A DNA stretch of 64,000 bases from assembly GCA_021324355.1 (NCBI GenBank), contig JAJPJD010000021.1:35969-99968 (forward strand). Reading direction: 5' to 3'. The position numbers were made by a program, and so were the translations under genes. This DNA is from Actinomycetota bacterium (GTDB taxonomy: Bacteria > Actinomycetota > Acidimicrobiia > Acidimicrobiales > RAAP-2). Shown in pieces: positions 11,298-20,573 of the stretch. Position 1 is the first letter of the stretch, and every line of letters starts with the position of its first letter. The notes beneath the pieces were generated by a model that was not told the origin of the DNA, made no database searches, and worked only from the letters and a program-made list of their open reading frames with translations.

Positions 11298-12554
11298 TCA
11301 GAGCACCCGTTCGTCCTCGGAGGGCTGCCACCCGACCAGGTCGCCCAGACGAGGGTCGTTGGAGAACATCTCGACGATCGGCACCCGTAGGCCGAGGCGG
11401 CGCTGGATCACCTCGGCCTCGACCAGCTGGTTCCACAGGAGCAGGCTGACCGCGACGCCAGTCTCGCCGGCCCGGGCGGTCCGGCCAGAACGGTGGAGGT
11501 AGGCCTTGTGGTCCTCGGGTGGATCGAAGTGCAACACCACGTCGACCCGGTCGATGTCCAACCCCCGCGCCGCGACGTCGGTCGCCACCAGGACACCGAG
11601 CTTGCCTGACGCGAAGTCGGCCAGGGCGCGCTCTCGGTTTGCCTGGCGCAGGTCGCCATGGATCGCCGCGCTCTTCACTCCTTCCTTGGCCAGCTGGGCG
11701 ACCAGACGGTCGGCCCCCCGCTTGGTACGCACGAAGCACAGGGTCTTGGCGTAGGAGCGGCAGATGGCCGCCGCCACCTTGACCTTGTCCAACTGGTGCA
11801 CGTGGAGAAAGCGGTGGTGCATGGCCGCCACCGTCTGGGTTCGCGAGACCACCTCATGGAAGACCGGGTCGACCATGTAGCGCTTGACCAGCCGGTCGAC
11901 GGCTCCATCCAAGGTGGCCGAGAAGAGCAAGGTCTGGTGGGGACGCTCCAGCCGACGCAGCACCCATTCGACCTGGGGCATGAACCCCATGTCGGCCATC
12001 CGGTCGGCCTCGTCCAAGACGAGCACCTCGACCTCGCCCACGCTCAGCTCACCACGCTCGCCCAGGTCGATCAGCCGACCGGGCGTCGCGATGACCACGT
12101 CGACGCCCTTGCGCAGGCTGGCCACCTGGCGGTCGATGTCGGTCCCGCCGTACACGGCGGCGACCCGCAGGCCGACCGCGGCCGCGAGGGGCTCCAGGAC
12201 CCCGTGGACCTGGAGCGCCAGCTCCCGGGTGGGCAGCAGGACCAGGGCGTGGGGCCGGGCCGGACGGCCCGCGCCCCCGGTGCTCGCGGCTGCCGTCCGC
12301 TGCAGCAGTGGCAAGCCGAAGGCCAAGGTCTTGCCCGACCCAGTCTTCGCCTTGCCACACACGTCGCGACCGACGAGGGCGTCGGCGATCGTGAGGGCCT
12401 GGATGGGGAAGGCGGTGGTGATCCCCTGGTCAGCCAGGGCCTTCACCAGCTCGATGTCGACCCCGAGTGCGTCGAAGGTTCGCCCGGTCTCGTACTCGTC
12501 GCCCTGTGGGACCTCGACACGTCCATCGTCGAGCATCTGGTCGTTCGGGGTCAT
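11298..12554 (-). CDS. DEAD-box ATP-dependent RNA helicase
   Basis: AKTGSGKTLAFGLPLL (motif I), VLDEADRMADMGF (DEAD), SAT and HRSGRTARAG (motif VI). Confidence 0.92.
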   Translation of the reverse strand: MTPNDQMLDDGRVEVPQGDEYETGRTFDALGVDIELVKALADQGITTAFPIQALTIADALVGRDVCGKAKTGSGKTLAFGLPLLQRTAAASTGGAGRPARPHALVLLPTRELALQVHGVLEPLAAAVGLRVAAVYGGTDIDRQVASLRKGVDVVIATPGRLIDLGERGELSVGEVEVLVLDEADRMADMGFMPQVEWVLRRLERPHQTLLFSATLDGAVDRLVKRYMVDPVFHEVVSRTQTVAAMHHRFLHVHQLDKVKVAAAICRSYAKTLCFVRTKRGADRLVAQLAKEGVKSAAIHGDLRQANRERALADFASGKLGVLVATDVAARGLDIDRVDVVLHFDPPEDHKAYLHRSGRTARAGETGVAVSLLLWNQLVEAEVIQRRLGLRVPIVEMFSNDPRLGDLVGWQPSEDERVL

Positions 12555-12786
12555 GCGTCGCGTTCTTTAGATCCTCGTCGCGCCAACCGCATCGGGATCC
12601 CGAGCGGGCCCCCGGCTCGATCACCCGGGACGCGTCCGCAGTCCCTCGGGGAGAGTCGGCGCTCTCCCCAGGTTACCAGGGACCCGCTCCGCGGCGGCAC
12701 ACCGCCGGCCGTTACCATCCGTTGCAGCCATCGGGGTCGGGCCAACCGCCACACCCACCAGCACGCGCTCGAGGCTGAGAGGAGCC

Positions 12787-14280
12787 ATGGTCGAACTGAA
12801 GGAAACCGCGGAGGGCCAGACGCCCACCACCCGTCCCGGCCTCGTCCTTTTGATCGTGGTGACCGGGGTGCTGATGGCAGCGGTCGACACCACCATCGTC
12901 GTGCTCGCGCTGCCCTCCATGGAACGATCGCTGCACATCTCGCTCTCTTCGATCATCTGGGTCATCGTCGGGTACCTGCTGGTGATCACCGTCACCGCGA
13001 CCCAGGTCGGGCGGTTGGGCGACATGTTCGGACGGGTCCGGATGTACGAAGCCGGGTTCCTCGTCTTCGTCGTGGGCTCGGCGTTGTGCGCGCTGGCAAA
13101 CAATGGCGCGACCATCATCGCCTTTCGCGTTTTGCAGGGACTGGGGGGCGCGTTCATCACCGCCAACAGCGGCGCGGTGCTGGCCGACAACTTCCCTCCC
13201 GAGCGGCGGGGCCGAGCCTATGGGTACAACGCCGTGGGCTGGAACATCGGCGCCATCCTTGGAATCCTGCTCGGCGGGCTCATCATCACCTACATCTCGT
13301 GGCGCTGGATCTTCTGGATCAACGTCCCGACCGGGATCTTCGCCCTCGCACTGGCCGTCCCCTACCTCCACGACCGAGGGGAACGCCACCGGCAGCGCAT
13401 CGACTGGGCCGGGATGCTCACCTTGGGCGTCGGGATGTTCTTCGTCCTGTGGGCGATGGTCAAGCTGGCCACTGCCAACTTCAACGCCGGCGAGCAGGCC
13501 TCGTTGGCGGTTGGGCTGTTCTTCCTGGTCGTGTTCGTCGCCATCGAGCGAGTGGTGAGCGAGCCCATGGTGAACCTTTCGATGTTCAAGATCCCGACGA
13601 TGCCTTCTGCGCTGCTGGCCTCGATGTTCCAGGCGATCGGGAACTTCGCGGTCCTGTTCCTCGTGATCATGTACCTCCAAGGGGTTCGAGAACTCACCCC
13701 GCTGCACGCGTCGCTCCTGCTCGTGCCCGGGTACCTGATCGGCGGCCTGCTGGCCCCCTTCGGCGGCCGGCTGGCCGACCGGGTCGGACCGGTGGTCCCG
13801 GCGACCGCCGGCCTCGGGGTCCAGATCGTCGCTCTCGCCATCTACGCGCAGCTCGAGGTGCACACGAGCTTCGTGGTGGTCGTGATCGCCGCCGCGGTCA
13901 ACGGGATCGGCGGCTCGGGGTTCTATCCGGCGAACACCACCGCGGTCATGGCGGTCTCCCCCGGGCGGGCGTTCGGCACGGCGTCGGGCCTGCTCCGCAC
14001 CTTCTCGAACGTGGGCATGGTCTTCTCGTTCGCGGTGGCCGTCTTGGTCGCAGCGCGGTCAATCTCCAAGCGCACCGCCTTCCAGATCTTCGTCGGCACC
14101 ACCTCGCTGCCGCACCGGCTCACCGTCAGCTTCAGCAGCGGCCTGCACGCCGCCTTCTACTCTTCGATGGCCTTCTTGGTCATCGCCGCCCTGCTCTCGG
14201 CCACCAGGTTCCTCCGGCGCCACCCGAACCTCGGCACCCGGTCTCCAAACGTGCCGGCCGAGGTCGGCGCGCCCGGCTGA
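12787..14280 (+). CDS. MFS transporter, DHA2 (EmrB/QacA-like, about 14 TMS)
   Basis: Repeated hydrophobic segments and the MFS motif GRLGDMFGRVRMY. SD GAGAGGAG lies upstream of the ATG at 12787. Confidence 0.85.
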   Translation: MVELKETAEGQTPTTRPGLVLLIVVTGVLMAAVDTTIVVLALPSMERSLHISLSSIIWVIVGYLLVITVTATQVGRLGDMFGRVRMYEAGFLVFVVGSALCALANNGATIIAFRVLQGLGGAFITANSGAVLADNFPPERRGRAYGYNAVGWNIGAILGILLGGLIITYISWRWIFWINVPTGIFALALAVPYLHDRGERHRQRIDWAGMLTLGVGMFFVLWAMVKLATANFNAGEQASLAVGLFFLVVFVAIERVVSEPMVNLSMFKIPTMPSALLASMFQAIGNFAVLFLVIMYLQGVRELTPLHASLLLVPGYLIGGLLAPFGGRLADRVGPVVPATAGLGVQIVALAIYAQLEVHTSFVVVVIAAAVNGIGGSGFYPANTTAVMAVSPGRAFGTASGLLRTFSNVGMVFSFAVAVLVAARSISKRTAFQIFVGTTSLPHRLTVSFSSGLHAAFYSSMAFLVIAALLSATRFLRRHPNLGTRSPNVPAEVGAPG

Positions 14281-14299
14281 CCCCGGCGCCGGTGTCCCG

Positions 14300-15076
14300 G
14301 TGCCCGAACTGGTAGAGGTCGAGCTGTCGCGCCAGCTCGCGGGGGCGCTGGCCGGCCGGCGGGTGCGATCGGTCGAGGTGCCCGACCCTTATGCCAGCCC
14401 GCTCGGACCGCGGGCCCTGGCCCAGGCCCTGATCGGGACCGAGTTCGGCCTGCCTCGGCGACGGGGCAAGCTGCTCCTGCTGGACACCGACGGTCCGACC
14501 CTCGCCCTGCACTTCGGGATGAGCGGGCGCCTGCGGCTCGATGGACGCACGGCGCTCGGCCCCTTGCGCTACGCCCCTTCGGGACTGGAGGTCCGGTGGC
14601 TCCGGTTCTCCCTGGGGCTGGAGGACGGTGGCCGGCTGGAGCTGTTCGACCCGAGACGGCTCGCCCGGGTCACCCTCGATCCCGACGAGGAATCGCTTGG
14701 CCCGGACGCGGCAACCCTGACCCTCGCCCAGCTCCGCTCGGCGCTCGGTCGGGGACACCGCAGCGCGCTCAAGGCCTGCCTGCTCGACCAGCGCCGGGTG
14801 GCCGGGATCGGCAACCTCATCTGCGACGAAGTGCTCTGGCGCTCCGGCCTGGCCCCGAGCCGGCCCGCGGGCAGCCTCGGCGAGACCGAGCTCCACCGGC
14901 TCCACCGTCAGCTGCGCAAGACGATCGCGCTCTTGCTCGACCAAGGCGGCTCACACACCGGCACCCTCACGCCGCTTCGCCGACGTGGGTCGCGCTGCCC
15001 GAAGGACGGCTCGCCGCTCGCCCGCAGCGTCGTCGGCAACCGCACGACCTACTGGTGCCCCGCCCACCAGCGGTGA
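14300..15076 (+). CDS. Fpg/Nei family DNA glycosylase/AP lyase
   Basis: GTG start followed by PELVEVE (N-terminal Pro nucleophile and Glu3). H2TH region. C-terminal finger is atypical (see findings). Confidence 0.8.
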   Translation: MPELVEVELSRQLAGALAGRRVRSVEVPDPYASPLGPRALAQALIGTEFGLPRRRGKLLLLDTDGPTLALHFGMSGRLRLDGRTALGPLRYAPSGLEVRWLRFSLGLEDGGRLELFDPRRLARVTLDPDEESLGPDAATLTLAQLRSALGRGHRSALKACLLDQRRVAGIGNLICDEVLWRSGLAPSRPAGSLGETELHRLHRQLRKTIALLLDQGGSHTGTLTPLRRRGSRCPKDGSPLARSVVGNRTTYWCPAHQR

Positions 15077-15086
15077 ACACCGACGC

Positions 15087-15557
15087 TCAGCGCGCCTGAC
15101 GAAGCTCCTCGAGCACCTTGGCCGCGTGGCCATCGGCTCTCACGTTGTACCAGGCCCGCGCCACCCTCCCTCGCTCGTCGATGAGGAAGGTCGACCGGAT
15201 CACGCCCACGGTCTTGCGCCCATACATGGTCTTCTCCCCCCAGGCGCCGTAGGCCTCCATGACCCGGTGGTCGGGATCGGAGAGGAGCGGGAACCGCAGC
15301 CCGTACTTGTCGCGGAACTTTTGGTGCTTGACCGCGCCGTCGGGAGAGATCCCCACCACCTTCACCCCGGCCCGATTGAAGGCCGCCAGATTCTCGTTGA
15401 ACTGGCATGCCTCCTTGGTGCACCCCGGCGTGTCGTCTGCAGGGTAGAAGTAGACGATCACCGGGGTGCCGGTGAAGTCCTTCAGCGCCACCTTCCGCTC
15501 GTCCTGGTCGGGCAGCGTGAACGCAGGCGCCTTGGTTCCTGGCTCGAGCTTCGCCAT
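15087..15557 (-). CDS. bcp: Thioredoxin-dependent peroxiredoxin Bcp
   Basis: Last 156 aa of the 505-aa track ORF. MAKLEPGTKAPAFTLPDQ...FYPADDTPGCTKEAC. SD GGGAGG lies upstream of the ATG at 15557. Confidence 0.9.
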   Translation of the reverse strand: MAKLEPGTKAPAFTLPDQDERKVALKDFTGTPVIVYFYPADDTPGCTKEACQFNENLAAFNRAGVKVVGISPDGAVKHQKFRDKYGLRFPLLSDPDHRVMEAYGAWGEKTMYGRKTVGVIRSTFLIDERGRVARAWYNVRADGHAAKVLEELRQAR

Positions 15558-15900
15558 GAGCGACCTCCCTCGGAGCTGGCGTGCGGGGCCCACCCTAGAT
15601 GCCGGCCGCCAGCCGCCAAGGACCGAGATGACGGCCTGGTCCCCGCCATGTCCGCGGCCGGGACCTGTCCGCCCGAGGGGCCCGAAGGGCGCCTCGGGGC
15701 CAAAAGGGACGGTCCCGGTCGTGTGCCTCGAGATTCGAGACGGTCGCCAAGGGTCTTGCTGCCTCTCGCCGAACCCCGCTCGTGTGCCATGACCAGCCGC
15801 GACCGGGGGCCCCAGGGCCCACATGAGCACGACCGGGCACTCGATGAGCGCACCGATGGCTGTGCCCGGCGTCATGGTGTAGAAGAAACCGGGATCAACG

Positions 15901-17148
15901 ATGAGGGACGATCCAACAGCCGAAGTTCCAGCCGTCGGCCCAGCTGGAGCACCGCCTCTCGTCAACCGAACGCGGCAACCCAGGCGTGGGTGGTGGATCG
16001 TCGGCGGCGCCGGTGTCGGCCTGCTCCTTGCAGGGGCCTTCGCCACGGGTCTGACGCTGAGCCGGACCCAGCAACCCAAGACCAGCCCACAACCGTCACG
16101 ACCCGCGCTGCACCGACCGACCTCGACGACCGCTGCGCCCTCGTTCAGCAGCCTGTACGCGAACGACGCGTCGGGGGTGCTCCGCATCACTGCGACCACA
16201 TGCGGCGGCAGTGGGGTGGGGACCGGATTCTTGGTTGCTCCGACCCTGGTCGTGACCGCCGGCCACGTCGTCGACGGCGCAGCCGCTATCGACCTCACGA
16301 CCAGCGGGGTGACCACGACCGGATCCGTGATCGGCATCGACCTGTCGACCGACGTGGCCCTCGTCGAAGCCGGACAATCCATCCCCGGCCATCTCTTCAG
16401 CCTCGCGGCCTCCGTTCCGCCGGTCGGCACGAGCCTCGGCATCATCGGGTACCCCGAAGGAGGGCCCCAGAGCTTCACCGAGGGCGTGATCAGCGGCCTC
16501 GACCGCACCGTCGATGTCGAGGGCGACGTGCACTCGGGAATGATCCAGACCGACGCTCCCCTCAACCCCGGCAACTCCGGCGGCCCGATGTTCACCGCCA
16601 CCAACCAGGTGGTGGGGCTCGTCGACGCCCGGACGACGTCGGCACAGGGACTGGGCTACGGCATCCCGGCGACATCGATCGCGCCGCTGATCTCGGCGTG
16701 GGAGGCCAGCCCGTCGCCACCGGCACCACCGTCGTGTGCGCTGCCCCAGGGCCCAGGCGCACCCTTCCCCGTCGGCAGCGACGTGAGCGGTCCGGATGCT
16801 GAAGGCATCATCAGCACCTTGACCACCTACTTCGACGCGGTCGACACCGGCGACTACCAGACTGCCTACGACCAGTTCACGCCGGCTGGCCAGGCACTGC
16901 TTGGGTCGGAGCCCACCTACGCTCTTGGCCTGGCGACGTCCGACTTCTTTGACATCACGCTCGAGGCCATCACCAACGAGAGCCCTGGCGTCGACGTGGC
17001 CACCGTGAGCTTCACCTCGGTCCAGGACCCGGCGTACGACCGCAACGGCGACTCGTGCGACCTGTGGAACCTGGCGTACACCATGGTCGACACCGATGGC
17101 GTGTGGCTCATCTACGAGGCCAACGGCGTGCCGCAGTCGTGCGGCTGA
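15901..17148 (+). CDS. Membrane-anchored trypsin-like (S1/HtrA-type) serine protease with a non-PDZ C-terminal domain
   Basis: N-terminal TM WWIVGGAGVGLLLAGAF. Triad context VVTAGHVVDG, DVALVEA, DAPLNPGNSGGPMF. The C-terminal ~130 aa has no PDZ features. Confidence 0.8.
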   Translation: MRDDPTAEVPAVGPAGAPPLVNRTRQPRRGWWIVGGAGVGLLLAGAFATGLTLSRTQQPKTSPQPSRPALHRPTSTTAAPSFSSLYANDASGVLRITATTCGGSGVGTGFLVAPTLVVTAGHVVDGAAAIDLTTSGVTTTGSVIGIDLSTDVALVEAGQSIPGHLFSLAASVPPVGTSLGIIGYPEGGPQSFTEGVISGLDRTVDVEGDVHSGMIQTDAPLNPGNSGGPMFTATNQVVGLVDARTTSAQGLGYGIPATSIAPLISAWEASPSPPAPPSCALPQGPGAPFPVGSDVSGPDAEGIISTLTTYFDAVDTGDYQTAYDQFTPAGQALLGSEPTYALGLATSDFFDITLEAITNESPGVDVATVSFTSVQDPAYDRNGDSCDLWNLAYTMVDTDGVWLIYEANGVPQSCG

Positions 17149-17202
17149 ACCAGGTACCACCGGTGGCGCGGTTCACCGGAGCCCACATCGTGTCCCGGCC
17201 CT

Positions 17203-17631
17203 CTACGACACTGGCTCGTTGCAGTTGAACATCCAGCGAACGCCGTAGCGATCGAGGGTGCACCCCCAGTACGCCCACGGCATCTGCTGCATGCCGGTCG
17301 ACTCGCTGCCGCCCTCGCTCAGCGCGGCGTAGAGACGGTCGGTCTCGGCACGGCTGTCGGGCTCCAGGCAGATGGTGACGTTGTTGCCCACCTTCAGCTG
17401 GTGCCCCATCGATCTCAGCATGTCCGTCCCCATCAGCACGTGGCCAGCCAGGATGGGCAGCTCGATGTGACCGACCAGGTCCTGCTCGTCCTCTGGCAAC
17501 TCGTGATCGGTGGCCATGTCCCGCATGCGGGTGATGTCACCGATGATCTCGGTCCCAAAGACCGAGCCGTAGAAGCGGAAGGCTTCCTCGGTCTTGCCCA
17601 TGAAGTTGACGTACGTGCTGACTCGGCTCAC
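17203..17631 (-). CDS. VOC/glyoxalase superfamily protein (PhnB-like)
   Basis: VSTYVNFMGKTEEAFRFYGSVFG...MPWAYWGCTLDRYGVRWMF pattern. GTG at 17631 preceded by AGGGAG is preferred to the track start at 17715. Confidence 0.7.
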   Translation of the reverse strand: MSRVSTYVNFMGKTEEAFRFYGSVFGTEIIGDITRMRDMATDHELPEDEQDLVGHIELPILAGHVLMGTDMLRSMGHQLKVGNNVTICLEPDSRAETDRLYAALSEGGSESTGMQQMPWAYWGCTLDRYGVRWMFNCNEPVS

Positions 17632-17755
17632 TGTCGCTCCCTCGCCATCCTTCGGCCACCCACAGCCGTGCCCGGCCACAGGGTTGGGCCACTCTAGGAC
17701 CGACCGCCCCGACAAGCATCGGGCGGTCGGCGGCCGGGAGGGCCAGACTGTCCAG

Positions 17756-18727
17756 GTGAGCGCAGACGGCGCGACGTTGACGGACCCCGAACCCGGCTCG
17801 ACCGGGATCGAGCCGGACCGGGCCGGACCCGGCGCTGCTGTCGAGGTCTACCTGGTCGACGGCACGTACGAACTGTTCCGCCACTTCTACGGCCAACCAC
17901 CGCGAGCCGCTCACGACGGCGCCGAGGTCGGCGCGACCAGAGGCGTGGTGCTCTCGGTGCTCTCCTTGCTCGCTGAGGGGACCACCCACGTCGGCGTGGC
18001 CACCGACCACGTCATCGAGTCCTTCCGCAACCAACTCTGGCCTGGCTACAAGACCGGCGAGGGCGTCGACCCCCGGCTGGCCTCGCAGTTCGCGCTCCTC
18101 GAGTCGGTGCTCGAGGCGCTGGGTGTGGTGGTCTGGGCGACCGTCGAGCTCGAGGCCGACGACGCCCTGGCCTCGGCGGCTGCCGTGGCCAGGGAGCGCC
18201 CCGAGGTGGCCCGGGTGGTGCTGTGCACCCCGGACAAGGACCTGGCCCAGTGCGTGCGCGGCCAGCGGGTGGTCCAGCTGGACCGACGGACCAAGACGGT
18301 GCTCGACGAAGCGGGGGTGACCGCAAAGTTCGGGGTGCCGCCGGAGTCGATCCCCGACTGGCTCGCCCTGGTCGGCGATGCCGCCGACGGGTTCCCCGGC
18401 CTTGCCGGCTGGGGCCGGGTCTCTGCCTCGGCGGTCCTCGCCCACTACGGCCACCTGGAGTCGGTGCCAGCCGACGCTGCTGAGTGGGAGCCCGGGGTGC
18501 GCCGGCGGGTCCGGGGGGCGGCCGCCTTGGCCGCCCGACTGGCCGAGCAGATGGACCTCGCCCTGCTGTTCCGGGATCTGGCCACCTTGCGGGTCGACCG
18601 GTCCCTGCTCGGCGAGCCGGAGGACCTGCGCTGGCGAGGCCCGACGCCCGAGTTCGGGCGGCTCTGCGCCTACCTGGGCGACCCCGACCTGGCGCGGCGG
18701 GCCGCCCAGCTGGCCGACGGCCGCTGA
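17756..18727 (+). CDS. 5'-3' exonuclease / flap endonuclease (PIN-like, FEN family)
   Basis: VYLVDGTYELFRHFY, VELEADDALASAA and LCTPDKDLAQCV acidic motifs. The start is uncertain; I took the GTG at 17756, and the track start at 17594 overlaps the VOC gene. Confidence 0.8.
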   Translation: MSADGATLTDPEPGSTGIEPDRAGPGAAVEVYLVDGTYELFRHFYGQPPRAAHDGAEVGATRGVVLSVLSLLAEGTTHVGVATDHVIESFRNQLWPGYKTGEGVDPRLASQFALLESVLEALGVVVWATVELEADDALASAAAVARERPEVARVVLCTPDKDLAQCVRGQRVVQLDRRTKTVLDEAGVTAKFGVPPESIPDWLALVGDAADGFPGLAGWGRVSASAVLAHYGHLESVPADAAEWEPGVRRRVRGAAALAARLAEQMDLALLFRDLATLRVDRSLLGEPEDLRWRGPTPEFGRLCAYLGDPDLARRAAQLADGR

Positions 18728-18768
18728 GGAGCGGGACCGTCCCCGGGGCTGCTGGCTATCGTTGGTCC

Positions 18769-19893
18769 GTGCCTCCCGAAAAGCTCCACTGGGCCCACCT
18801 CTACCAGGAGGTGGTCACCTCCGGCCTGTGCACCGGGTGCTCCGCCTGCATCGTGGTGTGCCCCTACGACGTCCTCGAGTACGACGACCAGGACGGCCAC
18901 TACCGCCCGTTCCACATCGCCGCCGACGGTGGGGCCGAGGACTGCACCCACGGCGTGCGCGGCTGCACGCTGTGCACCCGGGCCTGCCCCCGGTTCCGGG
19001 ACTGGGAAACCGAGATCGACCACTACCTGTTCGGCAGGGACCGCACCGACGAGGAGGTGTCGGGGATCGCGACCCAGGTCGTCCTGGCCCGGGCGACCGA
19101 TCCCGAGGTCCTCGAGGTCGGCCAGGATGGCGGATTCGTCTCCGCCCTGCTCATCTGGGCCCTCGAACACGACGAGATCGACGCCGCCTTGGTCTCGGAC
19201 CTCGAGGGCGACGGAACCAGCTGGCGGGCGGTGCCGGCAGTCGCTCGGACACGCGAGGAGGTGCTCCGCACCGCTGGGTCCCGATACACCTACTGCGCCA
19301 ACCCCATGGCCTATGCCCAGGCGACCGAGGGCGGCGCCGAGCGGCTGGCGCTGGTCGGGATGGGCTGCCAGACCTCGGCCACCGCGGTGATGTCGGCCCG
19401 CAAGGCAGGCAAGGTGGCCCGCCGGTTCAGTCTTTCGATCGGGCTGTTGTGCTCCAAGACCTTCGACGACGCCATCTTCCCGGAGCTCTTCGAGGCCCGA
19501 TACAACCTGCCTCGCGAGCAGATCAAGAAGATGAACATCAAGGGCGTCTTCCAGCTATGGATGCGCGACGGCTCCTACCACGAGGTGCCGCTCAAAGAAG
19601 CGCACGCCTGGACCCGGGAGGGCTGCAAGGCCTGCCCCGACTTCGCGGCCGAGCATGCCGACATCTCCACCGGGGGGATTGGCGCCTTCAACGACTGGAC
19701 CCTCACCCTGATCCGCACCGAGCGGGGCCGGGAGATCTTCGACGCCATGGTGCGCGACGGCGCGGTCGAGCTCCGGCCGATCGACGACGATCCGGGAGCG
19801 GTGGCGCTGCTGCGCCGGCTCTCGACGGCCAGCCGCAAGCGCTGGCCCTCGACGGCCGTGCCCATGCCGGGGCGGATCCCGGTGCGCGCCTAA
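18769..19893 (+). CDS. FrhB/FdhB-family (coenzyme F420 hydrogenase/dehydrogenase beta-like) iron-sulfur flavoprotein, orphan
   Basis: Two ferredoxin-type clusters CTGCSACIVVCP and CTLCTRACP, then the FrhB-like core (VGQDGGFVSALLIWAL, LVGMGCQ, CKACPDF). GTG at 18769 chosen; the upstream 95 codons of the track ORF are Arg/Pro/Gly-rich and overlap the exonuclease. Confidence 0.7.
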   Translation: MPPEKLHWAHLYQEVVTSGLCTGCSACIVVCPYDVLEYDDQDGHYRPFHIAADGGAEDCTHGVRGCTLCTRACPRFRDWETEIDHYLFGRDRTDEEVSGIATQVVLARATDPEVLEVGQDGGFVSALLIWALEHDEIDAALVSDLEGDGTSWRAVPAVARTREEVLRTAGSRYTYCANPMAYAQATEGGAERLALVGMGCQTSATAVMSARKAGKVARRFSLSIGLLCSKTFDDAIFPELFEARYNLPREQIKKMNIKGVFQLWMRDGSYHEVPLKEAHAWTREGCKACPDFAAEHADISTGGIGAFNDWTLTLIRTERGREIFDAMVRDGAVELRPIDDDPGAVALLRRLSTASRKRWPSTAVPMPGRIPVRA

Positions 19894-20573
19894 CCGGTCA
19901 GCGCCCGGGCGCGGGCGAAGACCGCGTCGAACATCTCCTGGGTGAGCGTCTTGGTGAAGGTGTTGCGCTGGCTCGGGTGATAGGAGGCGATCACCGTCCG
20001 ACCGTCTGCCAACCCCACCTCGCCCAGGTGGGCGAAGCGGGGCCTCGGGGCCACGCCCAGCACCTTGGCCAGGACCGCCAGGGCGAAGGCGCCCAGCGCC
20101 ACGTAGACCCGGGCCGACGCCAACACGGCGACCTCGGCGGCCAGGTAGGCCTGGCAGGCATCTCGCTCCTCGGTCGTCGGGCGGTTCTGCGGCGGGGCGC
20201 AGCGGACCGCGGCGGTGACGAAGCAGTCCCGCAGCTCGAGCCCGTCGTCCCGAGCGGTGCTGGCGGGCTGGGAGGCGTAGCCGGCCCGGAACAGCGCGCC
20301 GTAGAGCCAGTCGCCCGAGCGGTCGCCGGTGAACATCCGTCCGGTGCGGTTCCCGCCGTGAGCCGCCGGGGCCAGGCCGACCACCACCAGGCGGGCCGCC
20401 GGATCGCCGAAGCCCGGCACCGGCTTTCCCCAGTACTGCTGGCCGGCGAAGGCGGCCCGGCGCTCGGCTGCCACCTGCTCTCGCCAGGCGACCAGCCGCG
20501 GGCAGCGGCGGCAGGCCACGATGCGGGACTGCAGGGCCGCCAGCTCGGCGGCCCGCTGGTCGAGCAAGTCCAT
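19890..20573 (-). CDS. Uracil-DNA glycosylase, family 5 (UdgB-type, Fe-S)
   Basis: CRRCPRL, VVVGLAPAAHGGNRTGRMFTGDRSGDWLY (GLAPA motif A) and a C-terminal HPS motif. Confidence 0.85.
   Translation of the reverse strand: MDLLDQRAAELAALQSRIVACRRCPRLVAWREQVAAERRAAFAGQQYWGKPVPGFGDPAARLVVVGLAPAAHGGNRTGRMFTGDRSGDWLYGALFRAGYASQPASTARDDGLELRDCFVTAAVRCAPPQNRPTTEERDACQAYLAAEVAVLASARVYVALGAFALAVLAKVLGVAPRPRFAHLGEVGLADGRTVIASYHPSQRNTFTKTLTQEMFDAVFARARALTG

Noticed and set aside
15558-16604. N-terminal extension of the bcp ORF (505 aa in the track)
   Set aside because: Bcp is a ~156-aa protein with its own SD and ATG at 15557. The extension is antisense to the protease gene and not protein-like.
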